Source of the DNA: Candidatus Thorarchaeota archaeon
GTDB taxonomy: Archaea; Asgardarchaeota; Thorarchaeia; Thorarchaeales; Thorarchaeaceae
Assembly: GCA_046758445.1 (NCBI GenBank)
Contig: JBHIAE010000004.1
Location: 41,547-105,546, forward strand
DNA length: 64,000 nucleotides
Reading direction: 5' to 3'
Part shown: positions 39,695 through 48,958 of the stretch, piece by piece
Position numbering within the stretch: position 1 is the first letter of the stretch
Layout: each line of letters opens with the position of its first letter
Notes under the pieces: model-generated
Databases searched by the model: none
What the model was told of the DNA's origin: nothing
The model's input: the letters and a program-made list of their open reading frames with translations, nothing else
Made by a program: the position numbers and the translations under genes

Positions 39695-40165
39695 CTAAAC
39701 GCTGTACGGAATTGTACGTGGTTCGAGTCCTAGAAGTCGGTAGTATACTGTAATCTGGCCACGATGGTGAACACTATGCTCAATCATCTCAAGGATGATC
39801 TCGGCGACTGAAGCAGAATGATTGAAGGAGTCGATGACTTGAAGGAGTCCATCCGGAGTGATCTTGTTCATATAATCTACAGCACGTCCGAATACTTCGT
39901 TCGCGAGCGTCCTGATTGCTTGTGAAGACCTGTAGAATTCTACTGTGTAGGGGAGAGGGTCCCATATCTCTGTAGTCAGTCCTCTCATGTAGTACTCAGT
40001 CGACCGCAGTAGGTGAAGTACAATTTCACCCAGCTCTCTCCCTTCCTTCAAAGGTTTGCTCAAGACAATGTCGTCGCTGAGCTGGCCTATCAGGGGTGAG
40101 GTTTCATGGAAGTGGCGTTCAATCGCATCTCTCAGAAAACTGTGAAGCATATCTCCATCGACCAT
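39695..40165 (-). CDS. DinB family protein
   Basis: EIVLHL and EHSVHHRGQITVYYRLLG. Confidence 0.88.
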   Translation of the reverse strand: MVDGDMLHSFLRDAIERHFHETSPLIGQLSDDIVLSKPLKEGRELGEIVLHLLRSTEYYMRGLTTEIWDPLPYTVEFYRSSQAIRTLANEVFGRAVDYMNKITPDGLLQVIDSFNHSASVAEIILEMIEHSVHHRGQITVYYRLLGLEPRTIPYSV

Positions 40166-40222
40166 CTAGTCACAACTTCCAACGAAGTAGAAGATCATTC
40201 AGGACTGTGGAACTAGCCAGCA

Positions 40223-40594
40223 TTATTCGCAGTCGCCAACTCTCATAACAATGACTTTTGCTTCATCGGCAAGGTCACCGAAGACTTGGTGGAAGTAGCG
40301 CGCCGCATCAACGAAGCCCTCTTCGCCAGCCTCTGTCAGGCGATAGACCACCTGTCGTCGGTCGCCTTCCTCCTTGGAGCCCTCAATCAGACCTCTGTCC
40401 TTCAGGTCCTTGAGTGCGGGGTAGATTGTACCTGGTGTTGGCTTGGTCCCACGCCGCTTGGCGATCTGCTGAGCAATCTGCTGACCATTCATTGGACTCT
40501 TGCTTAGCTCCCACAGAATCTGGAACGTCAGGAAGCCCCTCATGTCACAACAGTCCGGAGGACAACATAGCTCATTCTCACTCTGGTCTGTCAC
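40223..40594 (-). CDS. PadR family regulator with an N-terminal CCxxxCC metal(loid)-binding tail
   Basis: LCCPPDCCDMRGFL, PGTIYPALKDL and YRLTEAG; probable GTG start at 40594. Confidence 0.85.
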   Translation of the reverse strand: MTDQSENELCCPPDCCDMRGFLTFQILWELSKSPMNGQQIAQQIAKRRGTKPTPGTIYPALKDLKDRGLIEGSKEEGDRRQVVYRLTEAGEEGFVDAARYFHQVFGDLADEAKVIVMRVGDCE

Positions 40595-40600
40595 ATTCAA

Positions 40601-40669
40601 TATTGGACATCCGATACATTTAAGTGTATATGTAGGACGCCCGATAGTAGTAATATTGGTCATCCAATA
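40601..40669. promoter_or_regulatory. Three copies of a TATTGG-N4-CC(A/G)ATA operator-like palindrome between padR and arsM
   Basis: TATTGGacatCCGATA (40601), TGTAGGacgcCCGATA (40631), TATTGGtcatCCAATA (40654). Confidence 0.65.
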
Positions 40670-40709
40670 CAAGGTGAAGACGTTGACAGAAACAAATAAA
40701 GTCACTGAA

Positions 40710-41468
40710 ATGTCGGATGAAGAGATCAAGGAAGAAGTGAGGAAGACCTACGCCAAGGTAGCACAACCCACTGCAGCCAGTTGTTGCGAACCGCGTGCAG
40801 CCGAGAGTTGCTGCGGACCTGAGATGGCTAGTGGAACTGTTAGAACCTCATATGCTGAATCACTAGGGTATTCTGTGAAGGATATGCCTGAATCGGCAGT
40901 AGAGTCCTTCGCGGGTTGCGGTAATCCCGTGGCTCTTGCCAGTCTAAAAGAGGGGGAGGTTGTCCTCGACTTGGGAAGTGGAGCAGGACTGGATATGTTT
41001 CATGCTGCACGAAAGGTGGGGAATACTGGCCGAGTAATTGGTGTGGACATGACCCCAGAGATGATTGAAAAGGCTGAGATTGGTGCTGAGCAACTGGGAC
41101 TGGAGAATGTGGAGTTTCGTCTTGGAGATATAGAAGACCTGCCGGTGGATGACAGTTCAGTAGATGTCATAATCAGTAACTGTGTCATCAATTTGGCACC
41201 AGACAAGTCCAAGGTATTCAGGGAAGCTTTCAGGGTTTTGCGTCCAGGCGGACGACTGATGGTTTCTGACATTGTGTTGGAGGCACCATTGACTGATGAG
41301 ATTCGCAACGACATCGCATCCTACACAGGATGCCTTGGAGGAGCAATCAATGTCGACGATTATCTGCAGGCCATTCGAGATTCGGGCTTCGAAGATGTGG
41401 AGATCGTTCAAAGCGCCTCCTTCGGAATTGCAGCTAGTGCAAAGATTGCAGCATACAAGCCGAAGTAG
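40710..41468 (+). CDS. arsM: Arsenite S-adenosylmethyltransferase
   Basis: N-terminal CC pairs, GCGNP, VLDLGSGAGLD, IISNCVINLAPDK and GCLGGA; ATG at 40710. Confidence 0.92.
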   Translation: MSDEEIKEEVRKTYAKVAQPTAASCCEPRAAESCCGPEMASGTVRTSYAESLGYSVKDMPESAVESFAGCGNPVALASLKEGEVVLDLGSGAGLDMFHAARKVGNTGRVIGVDMTPEMIEKAEIGAEQLGLENVEFRLGDIEDLPVDDSSVDVIISNCVINLAPDKSKVFREAFRVLRPGGRLMVSDIVLEAPLTDEIRNDIASYTGCLGGAINVDDYLQAIRDSGFEDVEIVQSASFGIAASAKIAAYKPK

Positions 41469-41545
41469 ACTGTCGAGAACCGAACATCCTTTACATGTGA
41501 AGCATCTCTTGTGAGAATGTAGTGGTTCGCTAACCAGGATTCCAC

Positions 41546-43390
41546 TTGACTAGTCATCCACAGGTGAGAACAATCCGCACAGAGAGTTCTTTGGGAATCG
41601 ATCGTGCGTCATCACGAGAAGACGCAAAGCGGCTGAGAGCGCTTCTTGAGCGATTGGTACCTTCCCATGAATGGTCAGAGATTCGCAGAGAACTTGCTGA
41701 GGCACTTTCAAAGAGATTCGATCGGGGAGGTCTCGAGAGTCAGAGATTCCTGATGAACACATTAGATGTCGAAGAGCTAGTCGGCATTGATGTTGACGTG
41801 GTAACTCTATTGAGTTCTTTTGAGGATCCTAAGGACTTTGAGGACCTCCGTCGCCTGTTCAGCCAACGGGTTGTTGAGCTGATACGAGATCAAGTGGCGA
41901 GTGGAGGGCCCACCTTACTGTTCGACCTTGACAGGATGCTCGACACGTCCGCAGCTGTGTTAATTCCTCTGATAGCAGATCAAAGACAGAATGAGATACA
42001 AAATGCAGCTGCCTACCGCCTAGGCAACATAGTTGATCTCAGAAGCCTGTGGTTCACCGGCTATGGATACAAGATTCTCTCTGCGCTGGGCGCTCATTTG
42101 GTGACAGATATAGGAGGGTTGCAGTCCGTCAAGCTGAAGCTAAAGGCGATAGGACAGGACCTCCTTGTTAGTGATTGGGAGAAGCAAAGAGAAGAGTCAT
42201 CAAGGTCCAAGATGTCAAGCGACTTTCAGCTCAGAGTACTGCGTTTGGGCATTCGTGAGCGCCAGAGGCTGCCGAATGGTCTTCTCTCATCACTGATAGC
42301 TGAATGCATTGAAGAGATGGAGTCTGGAAAGCTCTCATTATTAGCTGATGTCGTAGCATTGGACACTTCTCCATATGTGGTAGTAAGGGAGGTTCTTCAG
42401 ACACGCGCGCTCGTCGAAGATGCCCAAGTTCAGATTGGGATAGGAGAGCTCATCAAGTCTGAGAAACGCCCATCGGCCCTCTTCAAGATGCTCAGGACAA
42501 AGGAGGCCATTCTGGAGAAGAGCGTAATTCAGAAAGCCATCGGGGCTGTAATCCGGACAAGTATCAATCCGCAGAGGGCCATAGAGGCCATAGCGGACGA
42601 GTCAAGTATCTGGAATAGTCTTGAGATGCAGGAGGCAATCTCGGAGGCGATCAGGTCTTCCCATAGGCCTTGGGCCTTAGTCCGTGCATTTGGTGGTGAG
42701 GGGTTGGCATGCACAAGGCCAGTCAGGAATGCGATAGCGTACGCTTTGATCTCTGTTCCTGACCCTTCCGAACTAGTCGCAGATGTTCTTAGGACACAAT
42801 GCCTCCGCGAACATCGTGAACTCCTAGATGCAGTGATAGAGTGTTTGGAGTCTAGAACAAGAAAGTGGCCATTGAATAGGCTGTCTTTGGAAGCAATCCT
42901 CGCACATCTAGATTTGATACCCAAGAGAGTCGCACAGAGAGCAGTAGCCGATTTCATCAGTTCACCAAAGACTCGATATCGTGAGCTAGATGTCGTCACG
43001 ATTAGTGATTCAATCACTGAAAGTGATGTCGTTCAGGCAGCAGTTGCAGACCTCATTAGAAGAGTAAACGAGCCGCTAACCATACTTGATAAGCTCAGAG
43101 ATTCAGAGGCTCTGATGATGGCCGAATCCGTCAGACTAGCTATTGAATCGAGCGTCCCGAGTGTCGTGGAAGAGCTCGGTCATAGTGAGTACCCTTGGAG
43201 AGTCATCGCCATCATCAAGGATGTCGACCAGCTGGCTTCTAGTAGTAGAATTCAGAGTGCGATAGCCCAGACAATACAGAGTTCAGACGATCCAAAGAGA
43301 ATTGTTCAAGCCTTAGGCGATTCTGAGTCCCTTCTAAGTAGCCCAGAAATCGAGGAATCTATTGCTTCCCGGAAGTCTGATCTCAGGTAG
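41546..43390 (+). CDS. Hypothetical protein with C-terminal ~33-aa helical repeats
   Basis: Recurring IQxAIAxxIxxSxxPxxI/V pattern over the C-terminal half. Confidence 0.7.
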   Translation: MTSHPQVRTIRTESSLGIDRASSREDAKRLRALLERLVPSHEWSEIRRELAEALSKRFDRGGLESQRFLMNTLDVEELVGIDVDVVTLLSSFEDPKDFEDLRRLFSQRVVELIRDQVASGGPTLLFDLDRMLDTSAAVLIPLIADQRQNEIQNAAAYRLGNIVDLRSLWFTGYGYKILSALGAHLVTDIGGLQSVKLKLKAIGQDLLVSDWEKQREESSRSKMSSDFQLRVLRLGIRERQRLPNGLLSSLIAECIEEMESGKLSLLADVVALDTSPYVVVREVLQTRALVEDAQVQIGIGELIKSEKRPSALFKMLRTKEAILEKSVIQKAIGAVIRTSINPQRAIEAIADESSIWNSLEMQEAISEAIRSSHRPWALVRAFGGEGLACTRPVRNAIAYALISVPDPSELVADVLRTQCLREHRELLDAVIECLESRTRKWPLNRLSLEAILAHLDLIPKRVAQRAVADFISSPKTRYRELDVVTISDSITESDVVQAAVADLIRRVNEPLTILDKLRDSEALMMAESVRLAIESSVPSVVEELGHSEYPWRVIAIIKDVDQLASSSRIQSAIAQTIQSSDDPKRIVQALGDSESLLSSPEIEESIASRKSDLR

Positions 43391-43430
43391 GTCTTGAAGC
43401 AGAAAAGTCGCAAGGGTTGAAACTGAGGGT

Positions 43431-43745
43431 CTACTCCGGGATCCACTTTGGAGTAAGTCGTGTTGCTTTGGTGTCCAGACGTATCTCATCGAGCTCTTTT
43501 GTCAGCTGAACATAACGCTCGTCACTTCGGAGCAGTTCGACCTTTCTCTTGTAGTCATCCTCATTCTCGTACTTGGAGAGGTAGTAAGTTTCTGTCGGGT
43601 CTTCCGCACTTTCCCAGAAACCAACAATGTTGACCTCGTACTTCCTGTAGATCTCTTCAAACTTCGTCCGTATCTCGTCAATCTTCTCTAGTCTGTCACG
43701 ATGTTCAGGCTTTGCCTTTGAATGATAGAGCATATAGACCGACAT
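43431..43745 (-). CDS. NIPSNAP-like dimeric alpha/beta barrel protein
   Basis: IYRKYEVNIVGFW...YYLSKYE pattern, 104 aa. Confidence 0.7.
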   Translation of the reverse strand: MSVYMLYHSKAKPEHRDRLEKIDEIRTKFEEIYRKYEVNIVGFWESAEDPTETYYLSKYENEDDYKRKVELLRSDERYVQLTKELDEIRLDTKATRLTPKWIPE

Positions 43746-43849
43746 CTCGAATCATCGGAATAAACTATAGTTAACCATCGTATATATGCCTTCTGATAGG
43801 TTTTGAGTTTCTAGTAAAAGTCTTCGCCTTTTCCTATGTACACAGAATC

Positions 43850-45805
43850 CTATCTAAGCTGTCGAATCTCATCAAGTGCTTCTGGATTGACTAGTGAAGA
43901 GGTGTCGCCCAGGTCCTCGTCGAGATAAGCTGCTCTTATCATTCGCCTCATGACTTTGGCATTGCGTGTCTTAGGTAGGTCCGTGACGAAGAGGATCTCT
44001 CGAGGAGCGAGAGGTTTTCCTAGCTCCTTGATTATGAGCGCATTCAGTTCTGCCTGAAGATCTTTGTTCGGTTTCACTCCGGGCCTGAGAACACAGAAGA
44101 CCACTAGCTCGTTGCCCTTGACATCATGTGGAATGCCGATTGTCGCGGCCTCAATCACGCCAGGGTGGTTCACCACGACCGATTCAGCTTCAGCAGGACC
44201 GAAGCGCTTGCCAGCCACCTTGATGATGTCATCAGAGCGTCCAAGAATGTACCAGAGACCGTCGGAGTCGACGGCTGCAAAGTCCCCGTGAACCCAGACA
44301 TCCTTCCATCTTGACCAGTAGGTTTCCTCGTATCGCTGGGGATTCTTCCAGAAACCGCGTGTCATTCCAATCCAGGGAGCTCGAATTACTAGCTCACCGA
44401 CCTGATCACGGATTGGTTTTCCGTCCTCATCGAAGACATCGCCTGCGATTCCTGGACACAGACCAGAGAATGAACAAGGTTTCAGAGGCAGGATTGGGTT
44501 GCCCATCACAATTCCACCCGAAATCTCAGTGCCGCCAGAGTAGTTGATAATCGGAATCTTCCCTCCACCGACCTTTTCAAAGAGCCACATCCATGGGTCA
44601 TGATTCCAAGGCTCACCAGTGGATGCGAAGAACCGAAGCGATGATAGGTCATGTTTCTGAAAGTGCTCATCCCCTTTTGGTATGAGTGCTCGGACAAAGG
44701 TGGGAGACAGTCCGAGAGTGGTGATACTGTGCCTTTCAACCATAGCCCATACTCGATCAGGCCCAGGATAGTTCGGAGCACCGTCGTAGATCATGAAGGT
44801 GGAGCCCAAAAGAAGAGCACCAAAGACAAGGAAGGGCCCCATCATCCACCCCATGTCAGTCATCCAGAAGAGTATTTGACCAGGGTGCAAATCTGTGCCG
44901 AAGGCCATATCTTGGGCTGACTTTACAGGAAAGCCGCAGTGAGTGTGAAGAGCTCCCTTTGGCGTTCCGGTTGTACCAGAGGTGAAGATGACCATCAAGG
45001 GCTCCTCTGCGTCAGTGATTTTTGTTTCCGCTTCACTAGACTGACTCAAGACCAAGTCGTGCCACCAGTGATCACGACCCGTTTGAAGAGAAACCTCGAG
45101 ATTTGCATTGTTCAACACAATCATGTGTTCAAGAGTAGGCACCTGTTCAGCGGCTTCGTCGGCAATCTCCTTGATGTTAATGGGCCTCCCTCTTCGAAAG
45201 AAGCCATCAGCTGTGAAAAGGGCCTTTGCATCCGCGTCTGCCAGTCGAGTGACGACCGCCCAGACACCGAACCCAGAGAAGAGGGGTAGCGAAATGCCGC
45301 CGATCTTCGCGATTGCCAAAAGCGCGACGACTATCTCCGGGGTCATTGGCATGAAGATGCCAATCGCATCTCCCCTGCCTAGACCCAATTCTCTCAGTGC
45401 ATTGGCTCCCTTATTCACCAGAGCATGAAGTTCGCCGTAGGTCACTGATCCGTATTCTCCCCCCTCGCGCTCCCAGATGAAAGCGCGTTGGTCCTCCTTT
45501 GGAGTACCAATATACTTGTCCAGGCAGTTGTGCACGATGTTCATCTTTCCACCCACACACCATTTGGGCCAAGCTATACCTTCGGCTAAATCAACCACCT
45601 CGGTGTAGGGCTCATAGAACTGAATGTCAAGGTATTCCAGTATCGACTTTGTGAACCAAGCGACATCATCCGCGGCACGGCGAATCAGCTCGTCAAAGTC
45701 CTTGATTTGATATTTCCGCATGAAACGCGTGATATGAGCGTTCTCAACATAATCCGGTGTAGGTCGCCAGACGATGTCACCACCGAACTCGAACTTGCCG
45801 CGCAT
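43850..45805 (-). CDS. Acyl-CoA synthetase (acetate-CoA ligase family)
   Basis: FTSGTTGTPKG, STGEPWN, GGTE, GRSDD.IKVAGKR and LPKTRNAKVMRR. Confidence 0.93.
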   Translation of the reverse strand: MRGKFEFGGDIVWRPTPDYVENAHITRFMRKYQIKDFDELIRRAADDVAWFTKSILEYLDIQFYEPYTEVVDLAEGIAWPKWCVGGKMNIVHNCLDKYIGTPKEDQRAFIWEREGGEYGSVTYGELHALVNKGANALRELGLGRGDAIGIFMPMTPEIVVALLAIAKIGGISLPLFSGFGVWAVVTRLADADAKALFTADGFFRRGRPINIKEIADEAAEQVPTLEHMIVLNNANLEVSLQTGRDHWWHDLVLSQSSEAETKITDAEEPLMVIFTSGTTGTPKGALHTHCGFPVKSAQDMAFGTDLHPGQILFWMTDMGWMMGPFLVFGALLLGSTFMIYDGAPNYPGPDRVWAMVERHSITTLGLSPTFVRALIPKGDEHFQKHDLSSLRFFASTGEPWNHDPWMWLFEKVGGGKIPIINYSGGTEISGGIVMGNPILPLKPCSFSGLCPGIAGDVFDEDGKPIRDQVGELVIRAPWIGMTRGFWKNPQRYEETYWSRWKDVWVHGDFAAVDSDGLWYILGRSDDIIKVAGKRFGPAEAESVVVNHPGVIEAATIGIPHDVKGNELVVFCVLRPGVKPNKDLQAELNALIIKELGKPLAPREILFVTDLPKTRNAKVMRRMIRAAYLDEDLGDTSSLVNPEALDEIRQLR

Positions 45806-45899
45806 TCAAACCACTCCTGGTAGACTCACCAAGTTTGGCACTATTGAAGGAACGACCTATTATACCTGAGGTTGGACCACTGAGCCAGAAAGCACTCCA

Positions 45900-46796
45900 T
45901 CAGATAATGCTACCTGGAGCCTCTCTCCGTTCTCTCATGGCTCTGAACATGGTGTCTTTCTCTTTGATGACAATCCTGTATTGTCTGAGCATTGACGATA
46001 GCGCCCTAGTAGCTAGGACCAGACGGCTCCAGGCGGCCGGAATATCATCGCCGATGCTCTGCTGAATCATTACATCAAACCCATGAGGACCGTCGCTTGG
46101 AATCCACTGTGCGATGTCTGCCAGCGTGAACAGGTGAGCGCTAACATCTGGATAGACTCTGTCGTCAAACATCACGTATGGCCGATAGGGCTCTCTGTCA
46201 GGATGATCAGCCAATAGCCCAGAACAACTCTCCTTGGTTGCGAAGCCTAGGCCGTTGATCTCTCGAATAAATGGTCTTATCGACTTGTCTACATATTCTA
46301 GAAACTCATCAACAGATTGCGGCTCGTGGTCGGGAGCATCACGGAGTCCAAGATGCCACTGTGTTTCGTGATGTGCCCAAACGACCTTGGGAATTGTTCC
46401 TTGATCCACCCACTTCATGTAAGGTTTGAGGAGGTCTGTCAATTGATCGAACGCAGTGAGTAGCCCAAGCCAGGCGTCAGACCTGGCCTTCTTGAGGGTG
46501 GTACCGCTGCTAGCTTTGTCGAACTCTGTGGGCCTGTAGATAGCTACATCTCCTGATTCTCTGAAGACAGGCATCCACAATGCTGAATCTGCAATGGTGA
46601 ACAGGTGAGCCTCAACGCCCGGATACACCTTATGACCCAGGACAATGTGGGGCACGTCATCGTCCTGTGCTCCGAGCCCCAGGTTTATGGTGCGGACTGA
46701 TTGGCCTGCCTTAAGCATTGTATCAAGTACGTGCCTCTCTTTCACCAAAGGCATAGGCCGCCCTCTAGGCCCGATGATAGCCGGGTCTGGTTTCAA
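45900..46796 (-). CDS. Hypothetical protein with an internal duplication
   Basis: VYPGVEAHLFTIADSALWMP / VYPDVSAHLFTLADIAQWIP; TKESCSG motif. Confidence 0.7.
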   Translation of the reverse strand: MKPDPAIIGPRGRPMPLVKERHVLDTMLKAGQSVRTINLGLGAQDDDVPHIVLGHKVYPGVEAHLFTIADSALWMPVFRESGDVAIYRPTEFDKASSGTTLKKARSDAWLGLLTAFDQLTDLLKPYMKWVDQGTIPKVVWAHHETQWHLGLRDAPDHEPQSVDEFLEYVDKSIRPFIREINGLGFATKESCSGLLADHPDREPYRPYVMFDDRVYPDVSAHLFTLADIAQWIPSDGPHGFDVMIQQSIGDDIPAAWSRLVLATRALSSMLRQYRIVIKEKDTMFRAMRERREAPGSII

Positions 46797-46797
46797 C

Positions 46798-47640
46798 CTA
46801 TACGTATGTCATCAGATAAAGCAATGCGATGACTCCAAGGAGGATGTAAATCGGACTCACCAAGATGACTCTCTTGTCTATCAGGCGAAACTTCCAGAAG
46901 ATTGCGATTCCAGCGAGGAGATACGCCAGTATCATCGCTTGCATTATCGGCTCCTGATGCACAAGCATGGACAGAAAGAGGACAATGATTGTGGCAAGAG
47001 TCAAAGTCGTTTCATGTTTGAAGCTCTGCCCTACCGTCAGATTCCGTTTGTAGCCCTTGAAGAGCACAAGATAAAGACACGAGAACCCAATTGCGAAGAG
47101 ATACGGGAAGCTGAAAAGGTCGCTAGTGATGGTCCATGGAAGGAATATCTTCAAAGACTGCATGATAAGAACAAGTGGAAGACCTACGACAGTGTGCTTT
47201 AGGCGTAAGTTTTCTGAATCCTTCCTACTGGGTAGAGGGGCAGAGTACAAGAGGTTGACAAGGATCAGACCACTCACGACTCCTAAAAAGAGGAAGCCCA
47301 GAATGGTAGATACCAACAGGCCTGTGAACAGATAAAGAAGGCATATCACAACTGCTTCTGTCCGTTCTACAGATCCACTAGCCAAAGGCTTCCTCGTGAT
47401 TTTCTCTGTGTCAGTCGCATCTTCTGCAGCATCAAAGAGGTCATTGAAAATATAGACTGATGAATAGGCGATGATGAATGCGACCAACCCGATCATCATA
47501 GGGGCTGTTTCGTATGATATTCGATAGAGGACCAGAAGCAAGACACCAACCGAGTAGAGTCCTAGGTTCTTTACTAGATTGTCAACTAGGTTTCTGAAGA
47601 GCAATGTCTTCTGAATCATTGTAGTAAGTCTCAAGTCCAT
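46798..47640 (-). CDS. UbiA family prenyltransferase
   Basis: YIFNDLFDAAED...RKPLASG and LLYS; multi-TM. Confidence 0.85.
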   Translation of the reverse strand: MDLRLTTMIQKTLLFRNLVDNLVKNLGLYSVGVLLLVLYRISYETAPMMIGLVAFIIAYSSVYIFNDLFDAAEDATDTEKITRKPLASGSVERTEAVVICLLYLFTGLLVSTILGFLFLGVVSGLILVNLLYSAPLPSRKDSENLRLKHTVVGLPLVLIMQSLKIFLPWTITSDLFSFPYLFAIGFSCLYLVLFKGYKRNLTVGQSFKHETTLTLATIIVLFLSMLVHQEPIMQAMILAYLLAGIAIFWKFRLIDKRVILVSPIYILLGVIALLYLMTYV

Positions 47641-47939
47641 TGTGTCTACCATAGACTGGGGGAAACACATCGAAAAAGGCTGTGATTATGTCAGTGATCG
47701 ACCAGTGGAACCGACTCAGTAATCTTCGCGCATTTCGTGGCTTCCGATCAGATCCATCTGGAACAACTTGCACGGGAGGGCAGAAACGCATTGTTCGTGA
47801 AGAGGGGGGTCACCTTAGTCAACAGGCCCACAAGAGTGTTCTCGGGTCCGAGAAGCTGTTGACTAACTGAAATGCTCTCAGAGGCAGGGGTACTATGGAA
47901 TATGATTGGACAGGTCATCAAGGTAGGAGGTGGTCCTAC

Positions 47940-48890
47940 TCAACTCTGTTCATATGTAGTGTCTTGAGGCATTGACAGCTCAACAACTACTTTAGTCAAA
48001 CCCACCCCTGCAAACTTCGTTTCCAGCGCCTTCATGTTGCGACGCAATGAGCGCTCATAACAGGCATGAACGACGGAGATCGGAGCAATTGCCAGAAACG
48101 GAGCCCCAACAATAGAGATAACGGGAACCAGAAGAATGATGACAGGGAATGATTCCGGAAGAGTGATGGTCTGGTACCATTCAATGGTTCCTATGGCAAC
48201 GAGTAAGTAGGCAAGGATGGTAGTTATGCCTGCAAAGCCTTTCAATGGCGCAAGGTACCAGTTCCCGACTCCCTCTATGTCTGCTGTGATGCGTCTTCCG
48301 CTGATCTCTTTCTTGCAGATTGCTCCACTGTCCTCGAGAAGCCAGAGAGGGACAAACAGAAGCGTGACGCCACTGGCTATCAAGATAAGAATGAAGAATA
48401 TGGGCAGACCCACTTCAATGACTCCAGCCGATTCGTCGAGGTTCCCGAAGCTCTCGTAAACGAATATGTATCTGGCTACCGACCTGATGTTCGAAACTGC
48501 CGTTGCAAGACCTAAAGCGACGAAGGCCGGAACAATGAGTCGTCTGCCTTGACTTCTCTTTGTGGCCTTTGGGTCTAGTGCTTGCACATAGTATTTGTAG
48601 TGGCCCGCTGTCAGGAATCGATGTGCCTTCCAGAAGAGAATTGACAGGCTGGGTGCCGCCACGTATGTGACCAGACCGGCAACAAAGGAGAATATATAGA
48701 CCCAGACGAAATCAAACAGAATGTCACCAGGCAGGGGACGATAGAGTCCAGGAGGGTCGTAAAAGGGGAATATCCTTAGATAGCTGAGCACGACCGCACC
48801 AGCCGCCAAGAATAGGACAATTATGTTAGTGAGAACTACGAGTTTCTTAGGAATTGCCGGTTCGATTTGATCCTCAGTCAAGACTGTCAC
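47940..48890 (-). CDS. Multi-pass membrane protein of unknown function
   Basis: About 6 TM segments, WLLEDSG motif. Confidence 0.7.
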   Translation of the reverse strand: MTVLTEDQIEPAIPKKLVVLTNIIVLFLAAGAVVLSYLRIFPFYDPPGLYRPLPGDILFDFVWVYIFSFVAGLVTYVAAPSLSILFWKAHRFLTAGHYKYYVQALDPKATKRSQGRRLIVPAFVALGLATAVSNIRSVARYIFVYESFGNLDESAGVIEVGLPIFFILILIASGVTLLFVPLWLLEDSGAICKKEISGRRITADIEGVGNWYLAPLKGFAGITTILAYLLVAIGTIEWYQTITLPESFPVIILLVPVISIVGAPFLAIAPISVVHACYERSLRRNMKALETKFAGVGLTKVVVELSMPQDTTYEQS

Positions 48891-48958
48891 ATCCTGGACA
48901 TGAAGCAGTTATCTCCCAGAGCAGTACTTGATTCTTCTGCGCATTGACTCTTGCTGGT

